Both the position numbers and the translations under genes were made by a program. The notes beneath the pieces are model-generated. The model made no database searches. It saw nothing but the letters and a program-made list of their open reading frames with translations, and was not told the origin of the DNA. 64,000 nucleotides of DNA from the human T2T-CHM13v2.0 reference genome, Homo sapiens. The stretch lies in the NCBI RefSeq assembly GCF_009914755.1, contig NC_060939.1. One strand, 5' to 3'. Shown here piece after piece: positions 59,534 through 64,000 of this stretch; the stretch's first letter is position 1; the number at the start of each line of letters is the position of its first letter.

Positions 59534-60032
59534 TGCCGAGACCAGCTCGGTCAGGGAGACCCTAACCTAGCGGTGCTAGAGGAATTAAAGACATAGACAC
59601 AGAAATATAGAGGTGTGAAGTGGGAAATCAGGGGTCTCACAGCCTTCAGAGCTCAGCCACAAACAGAGATTTACCCACGTATTTATTAACAGCAAGCCAG
59701 TCATTAGCATTGTTTCTATAGATATTAAATTAACTAAAAGTATCCCTTATGGGAAACGAAGGGATGGGCCGAATTAAAGGAATAGGTTGGGCTAGTTAAC
59801 TGCAGCAGGAGCATGTCCTTAAGGCACAGATCACTCATGCTATTGTTTGTGGTTTAAGAATGCCTTTAAGCGGTTTTCCACCCCGGGCAGGCCAGGTGTT
59901 CTTTGCCCTCATTCCAGTAAACCCACAACCTTCCAGTATGGGTGTTAGGGCCATTATGAACATGTTACAGTGCTGCAGAGATTTTATTTATGGCCAGTTT
60001 ATGGCCAGATTTTGGGGGGCCTGCTCCCAACA
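59534..60032 (-). mobile_element. MER9 (HERV-K HML-3) solo LTR
   Basis: Minus strand begins TGTTGGGAGCAGGCCCCCCAAAATCTGGCCATAAACTGGCC; TG...CA termini; CTCTA target-site duplication at 59529-59533 and 60033-60037. Confidence 0.88.
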
Positions 60033-60470
60033 CTCTACATATGCTCCATCTTGCAGAGGCTTCATTCTTGGTTCTCTAGCTAAAAACAGTAGAAATTTTG
60101 CACACCTGGGTTAGAAAAAAAAAAAATAGCCATTAAACCCACCCCTGTTACAGGTCACTATTGGTATTTTGATTTTGCCTTCAATCCATCTGTTATTGTT
60201 TACTTTTAAGAGTCCTTGATAGTTGCTTTTTATGTCCAGAGTTTTAATTTCAGTCAGAAAGAGAAATAGGCCTTGGTGAGCATGCTTTGTCTTGGCTGGT
60301 GCCAGAAGTCTGTACTCAAATATTTTTAAAATAATTTTTAGTTGAATAACAAGTTAGACCTGTGTTTAGCTTTCTCATTGTTTTCCTAAAAATAGAAGAA
60401 AAGGTTTTAAATACTTTAACCACGAAATAATTTAAAGCAGGTTTAAAATAAACTCCTTCATTTTGCCTGT

Positions 60471-60839
60471 TCTATTACTCTGTTCTCACACTGCTAATAA
60501 AGACATACCCAAGACTGGTAATTTATAAAGTAAAGAGGTTTAATTGACTCACAGTTCCACATGGCTGGGGAGGCCTCCCAATCATGGCAGAAGGTGAATG
60601 AGGAGCAAAGTCACATCTTACATGGTGGCAGGCAAGAGAGAGAGCATGTGTGCAGGGGAATTCCCCTTTATAAAACCATCCAATCTCATGAGACTTATGC
60701 AGTCTCATGGGAGCAGCATGAGAAAGACTCACCTCCGTGATTCAGTTACCTCCCACTGTGTCCCTGCCACAACATGTGGGAATTGTGGGAACTAAAAATC
60801 AAGATGAGATTTGGGTAGGAACACAGTCAAACCATATCT
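60471..60839 (-). mobile_element. THE1/MST MaLR solo LTR
   Basis: CTGCTAATAAAGACATACCCAAGACTGG...CTCACAGTTCCACATGGCTGGGGAGGCCTC...AAACCATATC. Confidence 0.88.
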
Positions 60840-61445
60840 CCTATATACATTCACACTAGCATTTTAGTTTTAGAACTAGTTCTATGTTACTATCTGAATT
60901 AATTTTTCCACAATTTTGTAAGGAAAAATAATGCGTTCTTTGAATTTCATGTGTAAATGATATTTTTAGTTTTGTGTCATTTTGTCAAATAAATTCTGAA
61001 AATCTTTGTATTGACAGTGTGTTATCTCTGCATAACCATATATGTATAAGAGTGCTCAATAAAAAGAATAAAGAGGAAACAGCACTGGATCTATACCTAT
61101 ACAAAACAAGCTACCAGCAGAGCCCACTGGGAGTGGTCATGATATAATCAGGAATGTTATATTCACACGTTGTAGATCTGCATATGAGAGGAGGGTTTGC
61201 AGATAGCAGATTCTAGAAAAGTTGTCTAATCAGACAGTAAATGAAGGTGTTGAAGCACTGAACAAAAATAAGCTGCTTTAATTACTCATAAGAGGGAAGT
61301 ACAAGTCATTATTCCATCTGCCAATTTACAGACTGTAAGATACCCTTTAAAAGTAGCAGTAAGTAAACTCTTCATAAAAGTTAGACTGTATGACAAATCC
61401 ACTGCCTTTCTTCTTTTGCAGCAGGGCCTTTCTTTTTAATGACTA

Positions 61446-61720
61446 TTTTTTGTTTTTGGAGATGAAGTCTGTCACCCAGGCTGGAGTTCAGTGGCCTGAT
61501 TGATCACTGCAGCCTCGACCTCCAGCTCACATAATCCTCCTGCTTCAGCCTCCTGAGTAGCTGGGACTACGGGTGTGTGCCACCATGCCTGGCTTTTTAA
61601 AAAAAAAAATTTTGTGGAGTTGGTGTCTCGCTATGTTGCCCAAGCTGATGTCAAACTTCTGGATTCAAGCACTTCTGCCCAAAGTGCTAGGATTATAGGT
61701 GTGAGCCACTGTGCCCAAGC
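61446..61720 (-). mobile_element. AluJ (degenerate)
   Basis: Antisense Alu with deletions; TGACTATTTTT flanking repeat. Confidence 0.82.
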
Positions 61721-64000
61721 TAGTGACTATTTTTGAAAAAAGAAGCACATTACCCTCCCTTGTTAATCACTTATGTACAAAAATGCATGTTTTGCTGTTG
61801 ATCTGTTTTAACTCTTTCTACATAAATAACACATTTGTACATGTATATGTGCAGATATATTTATAATGTTAAAATTGTGTTTAAGTGATGTTTACTAAAC
61901 AGGATAAAATTTTGTTTGGAAAATTGCGATGTGAAATTTTATCTAGTTAATCTATAGTCCTTTCCCTTATGGTGTCCAGCTCTATGCAGGCTCTGCCTCA
62001 CTCCAGATTATGTAAATATCAATTCATATTCAAATGAATTTGAAATTTAGCTTTCAACATTTGCCTTTTTAATTCATCTTGAAATCATTGTGGTAATATT
62101 ATTTCCTGTCCACTAGCATACTTTTTAATCCCAACAGTAAAGTTTCTGAAAAGACCACTAGTTCTTCTTTTGAGCAGTTACTGATACCTTGCCATTGAAG
62201 GGGAGGATAGATGCCCACAGCCCCTCTCCTTCAACCACATATGTCCAAGTAAAACTAGTATTTCTTCTTTTTAAAAAGATAGACATAATTATTTTCCGTA
62301 TTATTGAATACATTTCTGTTGTAACCTCAGTTCTACTCTTCAGAATCCTTTGTTCGATTTTCTTGTAGTTGATTTGATGATCCCACTCACACTTTCCTAC
62401 CAGTTGTTCCAGAGACGATGGGCTTAGTCACACAGTGGGGAGACACGTTTGTGGGGGTTGGGTGGAAGTTCTGGTTCAGGTCTGCATCTGTTCACCATCA
62501 TTTATGATGATGCTGTAACTCACATCTGCTCTTTGATGAGAAGTCACACAAGTAATTGCTAAATTAACCCGTCAAATCTAACTATCATTCAGCTATGTCT
62601 CACTGAGCCTTTTCTGGACAAATCGTGTTGTTCTCAAGAATATTTATGTGACTTTATCCTTTGTGCAAAGGCTATAGGCAACGGAAGCGATAGGGGAAGT
62701 ATGTGGAAGGTTGACCCACATAGCTGTTGCCATATGCAACTTTTCAATCTTCTTGATTTCTGCTTCTCTTCCCAGTTCTTATCATCCATAGTGATTTTTG
62801 GAAAAACTGCCACTACATTGGCATTGTGAGTACTCAGAGTGGTGTGTCTCTTCTCCTTAGCTAGACTGTCAGGACAATTCTATTCGCTTTCAGACTTCCA
62901 AATGTCATCACATCTTATTCGTGCCTGACCTCCTTTTCTCTCATTCGCAAGATATTCATGGCTCCTTTTAAATAGGATAATGGCCAAATGAAAAGTGTGT
63001 TATTTTCTGAAAAAATTGCTGAAAGGTGAGGAAAGTGGCAAATGTATTTGCCTATAAAATTTTTAAGGAAAAAATTAAGGTTGAAATGAAAGTAAGGATA
63101 TTTTCATCCAATTACCTCATTCAATTATCATAATCAAGGTCAGAAAAGAAAGAAACTTCAGTTCAGCCTTTGCTAGAAGTAACTTGCAACAAATCACACA
63201 TCTACTGACTCTGACATTCGCCCAGTGATAGCAGCAATGCTCCACATATCACATGCTATACTGAAATATAGCAATTAAAATAGTTTTCGATGCAGATCAA
63301 GCAGTAATTACTTTTGCCCAGAAATCTTAAAAAATAAATTGTATGTGGAGAACAGGAAGCTTAGGAAATGAGGGTGCCTTTTATCTTTGCAGTGACAATT
63401 TACCTTGCGCTCGCAGTGACATTTTCTAGATTTTAAAAATCAACGTTTTTTATTTTTATTTATTTATTTATTTTTTTAAATCTGCTGGCCCTTTTGCTTT
63501 TAGCAGCCACAGACTTCTTGGCCTCTCAAATGCCCGGATGCCTGAAACTTCTGAAGAGATACTGCCTTCAGCTTCTTCTCAGTCCCAGCACGGTGTGAAC
63601 ACGTAGCTCCGATGACGCCTCTGCTTGCTTCAGCCTGCTGGTGCTTAATTAGGTGCTTATCCTAATACCTTAGAACATACTTTCTGTAGATGGTTTAATT
63701 CCAACCATCATATATGCTTTTTCTCAGATTTTCTCCAGCTTCTCAAAACTTCCCTGTAAATGAGGCCTTGTAGGCAGCTTTCTTGCTATGACCTCACCTT
63801 CCATTCAGCACAGAAACAGCATCCATTGCTGTTATGCAATGGATAAAATTGTATAACAAAGGTTATGGTTTCATATCTTTAATGTTACTGGCAGACTTTA
63901 CTCCTGGCCTTCTCCTAATCAATAGGCCAGTCTTCCCCTCCCCAATCCCCCATTTTTAGCCATCTAATTTTATTCCTTACATTCGTTCTTATAAAGGCAA

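Overview
Primate (very likely human) segmental-duplication DNA from chromosome 15q, built as a mosaic of duplicated gene fragments. The minus strand carries an intact 19-coding-exon GOLGA8 (GM130/GOLGA2-derived golgin) gene: CDS 15035->4666, 632 aa reconstructed exon by exon with GT-AG junctions, best fit GOLGA8M. It has a ~3.5 kb foreign AT-rich 3' UTR insert, two dead GM130 exons and an intronic 7SL pseudogene. Upstream lies an unprocessed UBE2Q2 fragment (two exons). The plus strand carries a duplicated WHAMM pseudogene (exons 1-8, best fit WHAMMP2) starting in a CpG island. About 30 Alus plus L1, MIR, MaLR, MER9 and MER20 elements fill the rest. The most unusual structure is a 2.1 kb tandem array at 28.1-30.2 kb. 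Each unit has a conserved 28-bp spacer, a ~114-nt sense Alu left monomer and an oligo-T run supplied by an antisense Alu, so it resembles a set of Pol III small-RNA genes. The array also carries strand-specific A->G hypermutation, as expected from an ADAR-edited RNA copied back into the genome. Homology calls rest on recalled protein and repeat sequences; no database search was run, and repeat boundaries are approximate.
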